NCBI GenBank assembly: GCA_037446215.1
Contig: JBBIJB010000018.1
Span: 3,860-36,428, forward strand
Length of the DNA stretch: 32,569 bases
Direction: 5' to 3'
Origin: Armatimonadota bacterium
GTDB taxonomy: Bacteria > Sysuimicrobiota > Sysuimicrobiia > Sysuimicrobiales > Humicultoraceae
Within the stretch, counting starts at the first letter, position 1, and each line of letters opens with the position of its first letter. This document shows, in pieces, positions 8,982 to 17,650 of the stretch. The notes beneath the pieces were generated by a model. The model was given only the letters and a program-made list of their open reading frames with translations. It had not been told where the DNA came from and ran no database searches. A program made the position numbers and the translations under genes.

Positions 8982-9976
8982 AGAAGGGAAGGCTGTTGAC
9001 CGGCGACCGCCCCACCGGGAAGCTTCACCTCGGCCACTTCGTGGGAACGCTCGCCAACCGGGTCCGACTGCAGGACGACTACGACTGCTTCTTCCTGCTG
9101 GCCGACTACCACATCCTGACCACGCGGCTCGAGAACCTCGAGGAGATCGAGGGCAACATCCGCGAGATCGTGCTCGACTACCTGAGCGTGGGGATAGATC
9201 CCTCGCGCTCCACGATCTTCCTGCAGTCGGCGGTTCCTCAGATTCCCGAGATCCAGTTGATCCTGTCGATGCTGGTGACCGTGCCCCGGCTTCAGCGCGT
9301 GCCCACGCTGAAGGAGGTCATGAAGGACCTCCACATAAGGCAGCCGTCCGCCGGGCTGCTCGGATACCCGGTGCTGCAGGCCGCGGACATCCTGAGCGTG
9401 CGCGGGGAGATAGTGCCGGTAGGCAGGGACCAGGCATCGCACCTGGAGCTGACCCGCGAGGTGGCGCGCCGGTTCAACGAGACGTTTGGGCCGGTCCTTC
9501 CCGAGCCGGAGACGCTCGTGGGCGACGTGGGCACGCTGCCGGGGACCGACGGGAAGGCCAAGATGAGCAAGTCGCTGGGGAATGTCATCTACCTCTCCGA
9601 CGACGAGGAGACCGTCACGCAGAGGGTCATGCGCATGTACACGGACCCCAAGCGCATCCATCCCACCGATCCGGGCACGGTCCAGGGGAACCCCGTCTTC
9701 ACCTACCACGACGCCTTCAACCCGGACAGGGCGGAGGTAGAGGACCTGAAGGAGCGCTACCGCGCGGGACGCGTGGGGGACGTGGAGGTCAAGCGACGGC
9801 TGGCCGGGGCGCTCAACGCATTCCTGGCCCCGATCCGCCGGCGGAGGGAAGAGAACGCGGCCCGGCCCGGCTACGTGGACGAGATCGTCGCGGAGGGCAG
9901 CCGCCGCGCGCGCGCCGTCGCCGAAGAGACGCTGGAGAGCATGCGCCGGGCGATGCGGATGGCCTACTACCGCTAG
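8978..9976 (+). CDS. trpS: Tryptophan--tRNA ligase
   Basis: GGAGG SD and ATGA overlap with tyr[15 protein letters not shown] (HIGH), [25 protein letters not shown]. Confidence 0.97.
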   Translation: MKKGRLLTGDRPTGKLHLGHFVGTLANRVRLQDDYDCFFLLADYHILTTRLENLEEIEGNIREIVLDYLSVGIDPSRSTIFLQSAVPQIPEIQLILSMLVTVPRLQRVPTLKEVMKDLHIRQPSAGLLGYPVLQAADILSVRGEIVPVGRDQASHLELTREVARRFNETFGPVLPEPETLVGDVGTLPGTDGKAKMSKSLGNVIYLSDDEETVTQRVMRMYTDPKRIHPTDPGTVQGNPVFTYHDAFNPDRAEVEDLKERYRAGRVGDVEVKRRLAGALNAFLAPIRRRREENAARPGYVDEIVAEGSRRARAVAEETLESMRRAMRMAYYR

Positions 9977-9977
9977 T

Positions 9978-10484
9978 ATGGGGCTCCTCCGGCCCCACGA
10001 TCACCCAGAGGGCCCCGCGGCCGTCTATGTTCGGACGTTGTGCTTTGTGTTCTCCGGGGACGACCTCCTGCTGATCCAGAGGAGGCGCGAGCCCGATGCC
10101 GGGCTCTGGAACGCGCCCGGCGGCAAGGTGAACCTCGGAGAGGACCCCAGGGAGGCGGCACAGCGGGAGCTGCTGGAGGAGACCGGGCTCGGGATCCGGC
10201 TGCGGTTCCGCGGGATCGCGACCGTCGTCGTCCGATCCACCCGTGAACACTGGGCGATCTTCCTGTTCACGGGTCGCGCCAGGAGCCGCACCGTAAGGCC
10301 TTCCGAGGAAGGGCCTCTCAGGTGGGTCTCGCCGCGGGAACTGGCATCGACGCCGCTGCTCCCGGACATTCCCCTCCTGCTGCCGCGGATCCGCCAGAGG
10401 AGCGGCGCGATCATCGCGAAGTTCGTCTACGCGAGCCAAGACCCCGACTCGCTGAGGTCTTGGACCGTCCAGACGGACGGATGA
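9978..10484 (+). CDS. Nudix hydrolase, MutT/8-oxo-dGTPase-like
   Basis: Perfect Nudix box [23 protein letters not shown], preceded by WNAPGG and followed by SEEGPLRW. Confidence 0.88.
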   Translation: MGLLRPHDHPEGPAAVYVRTLCFVFSGDDLLLIQRRREPDAGLWNAPGGKVNLGEDPREAAQRELLEETGLGIRLRFRGIATVVVRSTREHWAIFLFTGRARSRTVRPSEEGPLRWVSPRELASTPLLPDIPLLLPRIRQRSGAIIAKFVYASQDPDSLRSWTVQTDG

Positions 10485-10494
10485 CGGTGCGAAC

Positions 10495-11094
10495 ATGGGC
10501 AGCGACGAGGAGATCCTGGTAGTCCCGAGGCGAGACCTCATGTGGGCGGGCCCCTTCCGGGGGGTCGTCTGCGCTGGGCTCGATGAGTACATCGATCGGA
10601 TCCGCCGCTATGGGTTCTTCCGGCGCAGGGGCGACGTGGAGGAGGATCCCTCCCTCAAGCAGGTGATCCCCTACCTCGTCGTGCGCCGCGACGGCCTCTA
10701 CATGCTGTTCCAGCGCACCAGCACGGGGGGCGAGGGGCGGCTGCACGGCCTCTTCTCCGTCGGCGTGGGAGGACACGTGGCGAGAGCGGACGTCGACGGC
10801 GCGGAAGACCTGATAGCCGCCGGCCTGCGCAGGGAGCTTGCCGAGGAGTTGGTGGTCCCAGGGGCGTGGTCGGCGCGGATGGTCGGAGTGCTGAACGACG
10901 ACGACAACCCGGTCGGAGCCGTCCACTTCGGGCTGGTCCACCTCGTAGACGTGCACTCCGGCGAGGTCTCCATCCGCGAGGCAGACCGATTGACCGGGAC
11001 CCTGGCGACCGCGGCTGAGGTACGCGCGGCCTACGGGGCCATGGAGACCTGGTCGCAGTTGGTGTTGGACGCCGGCCTCATTGCCGCGCAGTGA
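10495..11094 (+). CDS. Nudix-family phosphoesterase, COG4112/YmaB-like
   Basis: EEDPSLKQVIPY, GEGRLHGLFSVGVGGHV, GLRRELAEEL, LNDDDNPVGAVHFG, METWSQ. Confidence 0.85.
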   Translation: MGSDEEILVVPRRDLMWAGPFRGVVCAGLDEYIDRIRRYGFFRRRGDVEEDPSLKQVIPYLVVRRDGLYMLFQRTSTGGEGRLHGLFSVGVGGHVARADVDGAEDLIAAGLRRELAEELVVPGAWSARMVGVLNDDDNPVGAVHFGLVHLVDVHSGEVSIREADRLTGTLATAAEVRAAYGAMETWSQLVLDAGLIAAQ

Positions 11095-11963
11095 GTGCGC
11101 CGGTGGAGGTGAGCGCGTCCCGGCCCTACGACCTGACCCGCACGCTCTCCTGCGGGCAGTGCTTCCGGTGGTCGGAGGCCTCCGGCGGGTGGCGCGGAGT
11201 GGTCCTGGGTACGGTCGCGGCCGTGCGGCAGTCGGGCGAGCGACTCCTCGTGGAGTGGGAAGGGCCACCGGGCTCCCCCGCACTTCTCGCCCGCCATCTC
11301 GGGGCCGACGAGCCGCTCCGGGAGATCGAGCGTCGCCTCCGGCGCGACCCAAGGCTGGGCGCGGCGCTCTCGGCCACCTCGGGCATCGCGATAATGCGGC
11401 AGGACCCCTGGGAGTGCTTGATCTCCTACATAGTCTCTGCCTTCAACAACATCCCCAAGATCCGAAGGGCGATCCGCCTGCTGGCGAGAAGGTTCGGCGA
11501 CCCCATACCGGCTGCAGGGGGCGGCCTTCACGCCGACGAGTGGAGTTTCCCCTCGCCGCAGCGGCTCGCCGGCGCCTCCCTCAGCGACCTCCGCGCCTGC
11601 GAGCTGGGCTACAGGGCGGCCTACGTTCGGGCTGTCGCAAGAGCCGCGGCTGGAGGCGGCCTAGACCTGGAGTCGGTCGGCCGCATGCCGTACCCGCAGG
11701 CCCGGGCCGCGCTGATGGAGTTGCCCGGAGTGGGCGACAAGGTCGCGGACTGCGTGACGCTCTTCGCCTACGGCTTCGGCGAGGCGTTTCCGGTGGACGT
11801 ATGGGTGCAGCGCACGGTCGAGCGCTGGTACTTCGGCGGACGGCGCAGCACGCCCCGCGCGATCCGCGAGTGGGCGCGCGGCCGCTTCGGCCCCCTGGCC
11901 GGGTACGCCCAACAGCACATCTTCACGGCGGGCCGGGCCATGCGCCCACACGGCAACGGCTAG
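11091..11963 (+). CDS. 8-oxoguanine DNA glycosylase/AP lyase, OGG1 family (HhH-GPD)
   Basis: TLSCGQCFRW (OGG_N), QDPWECLISYIVSAFNNIPKI, LGYRA, HhH LPGVGDKVADC, AFPVDVWV, GYAQQ. GTGA overlap with the upstream gene. Confidence 0.92.
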   Translation: MSAPVEVSASRPYDLTRTLSCGQCFRWSEASGGWRGVVLGTVAAVRQSGERLLVEWEGPPGSPALLARHLGADEPLREIERRLRRDPRLGAALSATSGIAIMRQDPWECLISYIVSAFNNIPKIRRAIRLLARRFGDPIPAAGGGLHADEWSFPSPQRLAGASLSDLRACELGYRAAYVRAVARAAAGGGLDLESVGRMPYPQARAALMELPGVGDKVADCVTLFAYGFGEAFPVDVWVQRTVERWYFGGRRSTPRAIREWARGRFGPLAGYAQQHIFTAGRAMRPHGNG

Positions 11964-13009
11964 ACCGTCACCCTGATCGCGCGATCCCCGCGCCCCGTGA
12001 TTGCCCCGATCTTTGCGACGGTCTCGACGCCGCGCCCGCGCAGCGCCTCCTCGAGCACGCCCGCCCTCTCGGGAGGGATCGCGATGAGCAGCCCGCCCGA
12101 GGTCTGCGCGTCAGCCAGCAGGGTCCTGGAGATCTCGTCGATCTCGGCGTCCCAGGCGACCTTGTCCTCCAGCCACTCCAGGTTGCGCGCGGTGCCCCCT
12201 GCCACGGCGCCCAGGGTCGCTACTGCGCGCGCGCCGTCCAGGACCGGCACGGCAGGCAGAGCCACCAGGGCCCCGGTGCCTGCCGCCTCGACCATCTCGT
12301 GCATGTGGCCCAGCAGCCCGAAGCCGGTCACGTCGGTGCAGGCATGCGCGCCGGCCTCCAGCATCGCCTCGGAGGCCTCACGGTTGAGCGTCTCCATCAC
12401 GCGTACCGCCTCGGCCGCTACCCCCGGAGGCGTCTTCTCCTGCTTGATTCCTGTAGTGATGACTCCCAGCCCGAGCGGCTTGGTCAGGTAGAGCAGGTCT
12501 CCCGGCCGAGCTCCCGCGTTGGTCACGATCTTCGAGGGGTGGACGAACCCGGTGACCGCGAGCCCGTACTTCGGCTCGGCGTCGTCGATAGTGTGGCCTC
12601 CAACGATAATCACGCCGGCCTCGGCGGCCTTGTCGGCGCCCCCACGCAACATCTCGGCCAGGATCTCCAGCGGGAGCCTCCGCGGGAAGCCCGCCACGTT
12701 AAGCGCGAGGAGAGGCCGTCCCCCCTTCGCGTAGATGTCCGAGAAGGCGTTGGCGGCGGCGATCAGCCCGTACTGGTACGGGTCGTCCACAACGGGTGTG
12801 AAGAGGTCGACGGTAAGCACGACCGCGATCTCGTCGGACAGCCGGTAGACCGCGGCATCGTCGCCCTTTTCGAACCCGATCAGGAGGTTCGGATCGTCAC
12901 TGGGTTGTATGTGGCGCAGCACGTACGCCAGGTCGCCGGGCGGCAGCTTGGACGCTCAGCCGGCGCACGCGACCATCGACGTGAGCCTGACGCGATCATG
13001 CTCTGTCAC
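11960..13009 (-). CDS. selD: Selenide, water dikinase (selenophosphate synthetase), selenoprotein form with Sec (UGA) at codon 18
   Basis: GTG 13009 after AGGAGG. Reads MTEHDRVRLTSMVACAG-U-ASKLPPGDL and continues in frame into GDDAAVY, TVDLFTPVVDDP, GGHTIDD, TKPLG, TDVTGFGLLGH, DAQTSGGLL. The TGA at 12958-12956 sits at the catalytic C/U-x-x-K position. Confidence 0.95.
12926..12942 (-). promoter_or_regulatory. Candidate bacterial SECIS element
   Basis: mRNA CGCC-C-GG-[CGA]-CC-U-GGCG hairpin. The apical loop begins about 20 nt 3' of the UGA and has G at loop position 2, matching the general bacterial SECIS model. Confidence 0.5.
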
Positions 13010-13074
13010 GGCACCACCCCCCTCCTGCCCCCGGCCTGTTTGGGACCGCCTGAGCGGCGGCACCCGCTTCCATG

Positions 13075-13081
13075 TATTATA
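13075..13081. promoter_or_regulatory. Bidirectional -10 element (TATTATA) shared by selD and archease
   Basis: TATTAT on + at 13075-13080, 7 nt before the archease ATG; TATAAT on - at 13081-13076. Confidence 0.6.
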
Positions 13082-13087
13082 CCGGTG

Positions 13088-13501
13088 ATGGGGCAGTTCG
13101 AGGCGATAGAGCACACGGCCGACGTGGGCGTTGTCGTACGGGCCGAGACCGCGGTGGAGCTCTTCGAGACCGCGGCCGAGGCGATGCTCTCTCTCATCGT
13201 CGATCCGCGCTCCGTGGAGAACCGCGCGTGGACTGAGCGGGCGGTGGAAGCCGACGATCTCGAAGGGCTCCTGGTCGCCTGGCTGAACGACCTGCTCCTC
13301 GTCCTGAGCGTCGATGAGTTCGTGCCCAGGGTCTTCGTGATCGACCACCTCGGGGAAGGCCGCCTCCGGGCGACGCTCCACGGGGAGCCCTTCGATCCGG
13401 CCAGGCACTTCATCCGCAAGGACGTCAAGGCGGCCACCCACCACATGCTCAGGGTCGAGCAGGGCGACGGATGGTCGGCCCGCATCATCTTCGACGTCTA
13501 G
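13088..13501 (+). CDS. Archease (MTH1598/TM1083 family; RtcB activator)
   Basis: C-terminal 137 aa of track ORF 11081..13501: MGQFEAIEHTADVG...LLVAWLNDLL...GEPFDP..H...VKAATHHML...ARIIFDV. No SD, so probably leaderless. Confidence 0.93.
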   Translation: MGQFEAIEHTADVGVVVRAETAVELFETAAEAMLSLIVDPRSVENRAWTERAVEADDLEGLLVAWLNDLLLVLSVDEFVPRVFVIDHLGEGRLRATLHGEPFDPARHFIRKDVKAATHHMLRVEQGDGWSARIIFDV

Positions 13502-15060
13502 TCGCCCACGGCGGCCTGCTGGCGCTGGCGGCCGCCCTGCTTCTGGCCTATTTGCCGGCCGGGGGTGCGGTGACCGCCCGGGAGAGGCCGCAGCGCGGCG
13601 GCGTGCTGCGCGTCGCCCACACGGGCGAGCCGCCCACCCTCGACCTCCACATGACGACCGGCGGGCCGACGCAGGACGTCGCGATACACATCTTCGAAGG
13701 GTTGTTCGCCCTCTCCGGCTCGTACGAGGCGCGGCCGATGCTGGTGGAGCGCCACAGCCTCAGCCCGGACCGCCGCACCTTCACCTTCTTCCTGCGCCGC
13801 GGGGTCATGTTCCACCACGGCCGTGAGATGAACTCGGGAGACGTGGTGGCATCGCTGTCGCGATGGGGGCAGATCGCGGCGCGGGGGAGAGACCTCTTCG
13901 GCGCCGTCGACTACCTGGGAGCGCCGGACACCCACACGGTCGTGATGCGCCTGCGCGAGCCGAACGGCCTAGTCCCGCTCGCGCTCGCGATCCCGAGCCA
14001 GGGGGCCGTGATCTACCCCAGGGAAGTCATCGACGAGGCGGGCAGAGGGATCGTTCGACGCTTCATAGGCACCGGCCCGTACAGGCTTGCCGACCACGCA
14101 CCGGACGTGCAGATCCGGCTCGAGCGGTTCGAGCGCTACTCCCCGAGGGAGGAGCCGCCGGACGGCATGGCCGGGCGGCGCGAGGCCCACGTCCAGACCA
14201 TCCTGTTCCTACCCGTGCCGGACGCCTCCGTCCGGGTGGCTGGCGTGATGCGGGGCGACTACCACTTCGCGCACTCGATCCCCCACGATGAGTTCCCGAG
14301 ACTGCGCGGAGCGCGGACCGCGGTGCCGCTCGTGATATCTACCCCCGCGTGGGCGGGCTTCGCCTTCAACCACCGCCAGGGGCTGATGACCGACCGGGCG
14401 GTACGGCGCGCGGTCGCGGCCGCGATAGACGAGGAGGCGGTCCTGAGGGGAACCTACGGCCCGACTCAGTTCTGGCGCGCCACGCCCTCCTTCTTCCCCC
14501 GCGGCCACGCCCTGTGGAGCGAGGCCGGGCTCGATCTCTACTCCAAGCGTGATCCCGCACAGGTCCGTCGAATGCTGGAAGAGGCAGGGTATCGAGGGCA
14601 GCCGGTCCGCTGGATGGTGAGCAGCGAGATGCCCCACCACCTGACCGCGGCAACGATCGCGAGGTCCCAACTCGAGAGGGCCGGCCTGACGGTTGAACTG
14701 CAGGTCATGGATTGGGCCAGCCTGGTGGGCCGCCGCAGCCGCCCCGAGGGATGGGACGTCTTCGCGACGACCTTCGCGTTCGTGCCCGATCCGGTCTTCC
14801 TGCTGCCGCTACAGCCGGGCTGGCCGGGCTGGTACGAGGACAGGGAGATGGCGGCGCACCTTCGGCTGCTGGCACGCCACACCGACCCACGGGTGCGCGC
14901 GTCGATCTGGGAGAGGGCGCAGCGCAGGTTCTACGAAGAGGCGGTGGCGGTGAGGCTGGGCGACTGGTTTCCGCTGCTGCTGCACAGGCCCGAACTGCGC
15001 GGGGTCTCGCGCGGCCCAGGCACGTTCCATTGGAATGTGTGGATCGCAAGCGCTCCGTAG
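13471..15060 (+). CDS. Family-5 ABC substrate-binding protein (orphan); paralog of 29323..30882
   Basis: Signal peptide, RGGVLRVAHTGEPPTLD, LRRGVMFHHGREMNSGDVVAS, IGTGPYRL. The start overlaps the archease 3' end by 31 nt and is uncertain. Confidence 0.9.
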   Translation: MVGPHHLRRLVAHGGLLALAAALLLAYLPAGGAVTARERPQRGGVLRVAHTGEPPTLDLHMTTGGPTQDVAIHIFEGLFALSGSYEARPMLVERHSLSPDRRTFTFFLRRGVMFHHGREMNSGDVVASLSRWGQIAARGRDLFGAVDYLGAPDTHTVVMRLREPNGLVPLALAIPSQGAVIYPREVIDEAGRGIVRRFIGTGPYRLADHAPDVQIRLERFERYSPREEPPDGMAGRREAHVQTILFLPVPDASVRVAGVMRGDYHFAHSIPHDEFPRLRGARTAVPLVISTPAWAGFAFNHRQGLMTDRAVRRAVAAAIDEEAVLRGTYGPTQFWRATPSFFPRGHALWSEAGLDLYSKRDPAQVRRMLEEAGYRGQPVRWMVSSEMPHHLTAATIARSQLERAGLTVELQVMDWASLVGRRSRPEGWDVFATTFAFVPDPVFLLPLQPGWPGWYEDREMAAHLRLLARHTDPRVRASIWERAQRRFYEEAVAVRLGDWFPLLLHRPELRGVSRGPGTFHWNVWIASAP

Positions 15061-15091
15061 CACAGACCGCGCCTGAGTGGAGGAGGCCCGC

Positions 15092-16093
15092 ATGGATAGC
15101 GCCAGCCAGTGGGGGATCGGCATCATCCTGGCACTGCAGGAGCACAGCCCCGGCCTCGACACGTTGATGAAGTTCCTCTCCTTCCTGGGGACGGAGGAGT
15201 TCTTCATGATCCTGGTCCCCTTCCTGTACTGGTGCGTCAGCGCTTCGCTCGGGCTGCGCCTGCTCGCCGTCCTCATCCTCTCGGACTTCACCAACGGCCT
15301 CCTGAAGTGGGCCTTTCACTCGCCCCGCCCCTACTGGGTGGAGCCCGGCGTGAAGGCGATCGCGGCCGAGGCGTCCTACGGCCTGCCCTCCGGCCACGCC
15401 CAGACCGCGACCGTGGTCTGGGGCACGCTCGCCCGCCTCACCAGGGGACGGTGGGCATACCCGGCAGCGGCGGTGCTCGTGCTGGGGATCTCCGTCTCAC
15501 GGCTCTACCTGGGAGTCCACTTCCCAGGCGACGTGCTCGCCGGGTGGGCGGCCGGCGTCGCCGTATGGGTGGTCTATGTGTGGGCTGAGCCGCGACTGTC
15601 GGCGTGGCTGGGGCCCAGATCCCTCCCCGCCCAGATAGGGGCCGCCTGCCTGCTCACGGCGGTGATGCTGGGTGCCGCTGCCGCCGTGGGTGGGGCGCTG
15701 GCAGGGGTTGCGGATCCGCCGGGCTGGGAGGCCCAGGCCGCGGCGGCAAGCCCGCCCGCGGCAGGCCGTACGGCGACCGACCCGCGCAGGAGGGACGGGC
15801 AGTTCGCGATAATGGGCATCGCCTTCGGCGCGGGCGTGGGGTTCGCGGTAGCCCGGCGCGGCGCGCGCTTCGATCCGCGCGGGCCGTGGCCGAAAAGGCT
15901 CGCCCGGCTGGCGATCGGGCTGGCAGTGCTCGTGCTGCTGCGGGTAGGGCTGGGCGCGATCTTCCCGAGGGAGCCCGAGGAGGTAGCGATGCTGTTCAGG
16001 TTCGTCCGCTATGCGATCATGGGGCTGTGGGCGGTATGGCTCGCGCCGCTGGTCTTCGTCAGAACCGGGCTGGCAGACGAGGCCCAATCGTAA
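15092..16093 (+). CDS. PAP2 family membrane phosphatase
   Basis: GGAGG SD. PAP2 motifs KWAFHSPRP, PSGH, SRLYLGVHFPGDV; multiple TM segments. Confidence 0.92.
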   Translation: MDSASQWGIGIILALQEHSPGLDTLMKFLSFLGTEEFFMILVPFLYWCVSASLGLRLLAVLILSDFTNGLLKWAFHSPRPYWVEPGVKAIAAEASYGLPSGHAQTATVVWGTLARLTRGRWAYPAAAVLVLGISVSRLYLGVHFPGDVLAGWAAGVAVWVVYVWAEPRLSAWLGPRSLPAQIGAACLLTAVMLGAAAAVGGALAGVADPPGWEAQAAAASPPAAGRTATDPRRRDGQFAIMGIAFGAGVGFAVARRGARFDPRGPWPKRLARLAIGLAVLVLLRVGLGAIFPREPEEVAMLFRFVRYAIMGLWAVWLAPLVFVRTGLADEAQS

Positions 16094-17301
16094 TGCGCCG
16101 CAACGGCACACGCGCCGCGGCCGCGATCGCAGGGCTCTCCATCCCTCTCGACGCCGGGATCGTGGCCGCGCTTGCGCTTAGCTACGCGGCCCGAAGAGAC
16201 CGCCGTCTCTGGGTTCGCACGCCTCTCGACGCCCCTCTGGCCGCACTGGTGCTCTTATCACTGGTGGCCTCCCCGTTTGCGAGGAGTCCGCTCGCGTCGC
16301 TGGCTGCGGCGGCAGGCCTGGCAGTTGCGGCCTACTTCGCGTATCAGGTGCCGTACAGGCTGCTCAATCAAGACCCTGAGATGACCGGTGTGCTGTATCG
16401 CTGGGCGTGCGCCGCGCTGCCCTTGGCGGCAGCCCTGGGCCTGGCCAGCTACCTATGGGTCTCCCACCCGGAGCTGGGGGAGTTCCGCAGATTCAGCATG
16501 GGCCAAGCGCCAGTCGGGATCTACGCGTATGGCCTCGAGATCGGGCTGCTGCTGGCACTTGGAGCCGTCGAGCGGCTCAGGTGGGTTGCTGCCATCGCGA
16601 TTGGAGCGGGCGTGTTCGGGCTGATCTGCACGCTGAGCAGGTGGGCTATTCTGGGGGTTGCGGCCGGGCTGGTCACGTGGTCTCTCCTGACAGCGAGGCA
16701 CCGGCCCCGCGCCGTGGCCTGCGCTCTTACCACGGTAGTGCTTGCGGCCGTCGTCACGCTCTCACTACCACTTACCAGATCGATCGTCCGGCAGTACCTG
16801 CCCGAGCACTCCGGCAGGGGCCTCTGGGCGCAGGCAATCGTCACAGGGCTAACGCCTGGTACCGGCTTTCCCGAGAGGCTTGTGGTGTGGAAGAACACCC
16901 TGAGGGTGATCCGAGATCATGCCTATGTTGGAGTGGGACTCTCTGCCTTTCCTGCTACCTACAGGGAGTACTTAGAGCCCTCCGATCGCTCCGTAGAGGT
17001 ACCTGAGATCCCAGTTCATCTGTCTCCGGCGCATGCGCACAACGAGGTCCTGTCTGTCGCTGCCGGGGCCGGCCTACCGGCCGCGGTAGCGTACGTGTCC
17101 CTGCTGGCGGCGTCTCTCATGACGGCATTCAGGAACGTGAGCCCCAGAACTGCCCCTGCGCTGGCGGCGCTGGTAGCCGCTGTCGCCCACGGGCTGTTCG
17201 ATGCGATATCGACGGTCAGCATCGGGCCGCTCGCAGTGTTCTTCGTCGTCCTGGCGGCGGCCGTTCAGCCGGCCGCCGCGCCAGCAGCACCTACCGAGTG
17301 A
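16093..17301 (+). CDS. O-antigen ligase / Wzy_C family membrane protein
   Basis: TAATG coupling to PAP2. Many TM helices; TLSRWAILG, ERLVVWKNTLRVIRDHAYVGVG, HAHNEVLSVAAGAG. Confidence 0.82.
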   Translation: MRRNGTRAAAAIAGLSIPLDAGIVAALALSYAARRDRRLWVRTPLDAPLAALVLLSLVASPFARSPLASLAAAAGLAVAAYFAYQVPYRLLNQDPEMTGVLYRWACAALPLAAALGLASYLWVSHPELGEFRRFSMGQAPVGIYAYGLEIGLLLALGAVERLRWVAAIAIGAGVFGLICTLSRWAILGVAAGLVTWSLLTARHRPRAVACALTTVVLAAVVTLSLPLTRSIVRQYLPEHSGRGLWAQAIVTGLTPGTGFPERLVVWKNTLRVIRDHAYVGVGLSAFPATYREYLEPSDRSVEVPEIPVHLSPAHAHNEVLSVAAGAGLPAAVAYVSLLAASLMTAFRNVSPRTAPALAALVAAVAHGLFDAISTVSIGPLAVFFVVLAAAVQPAAAPAAPTE

Positions 17302-17311
17302 GTTCCTCCGC

Positions 17312-17340
17312 TTGTGCCGCCCTCCCGCCGGTGCTACCAT
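17312..17340 (+). promoter_or_regulatory. sigma70 promoter of the T-box leader
   Basis: TTGTGC (17312-17317), 17-nt spacer, TG-C-TACCAT (17332-17340). Confidence 0.6.
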
Positions 17341-17356
17341 GTGACAAACGCCAGAT

Positions 17357-17611
17357 GGGCGATGACGGAGAGCAGTAGGCGGCGGTCCGTCTGACCGAGA
17401 GACCCGGCGGGCGGTGCGAGCCGGGCGGGGCCGCGACCGAATCCACTCCCGAGCTGAGGGAAGAACGCCGGATCAGGCGAGAGGTGCCGCGTCGGCCGGC
17501 CCAAGCCCCCGGGCGCGCCCGGTACAGCGCAGCGAGCGTCCGGGCCGATCCATGCCCTGGAACCAGAGTGGCACCGCGGGACCCCCCCGTCTCTGACGAG
17601 ACGGGGTTTTC
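17357..17611 (+). promoter_or_regulatory. T-box riboswitch, serine-specific (specifier UCC)
   Basis: Stem I GA motif GCGATGAC, AGTA, AG bulge GAGAGA, GGTGCGA apical motif, and GAA-TCC-AC specifier (TCC at 17442-17444). T-box AACCAGAGTGGCACCGCG (17561-17578). Antiterminator CAGAG/CTCTG plus GCGG/CCGT. Precedes an aminotransferase and serS. Confidence 0.93.
17585..17611 (+). terminator. Intrinsic terminator (attenuator) of the T-box
   Basis: CCCCGTCTC-TGAC-GAGACGGGG-TTTTC, mutually exclusive with the antiterminator. Confidence 0.88.
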
Positions 17612-17650
17612 TATTCTAGGCGGTCAGTGCGCCGGCCAAGGAGGTCGATA

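Noticed and set aside
12956..12958. selD as a pseudogene with a premature stop
   Set aside because: The UGA falls exactly at the catalytic Cys/Sec position and the rest of the gene is intact, which is consistent with Sec recoding.
11081..13501. 806-aa ORF suggesting a large archease fusion protein
   Set aside because: Only the last 137 aa are archease. The rest is an off-frame overlap of ogg and the antisense of selD, a typical high-GC shadow ORF.
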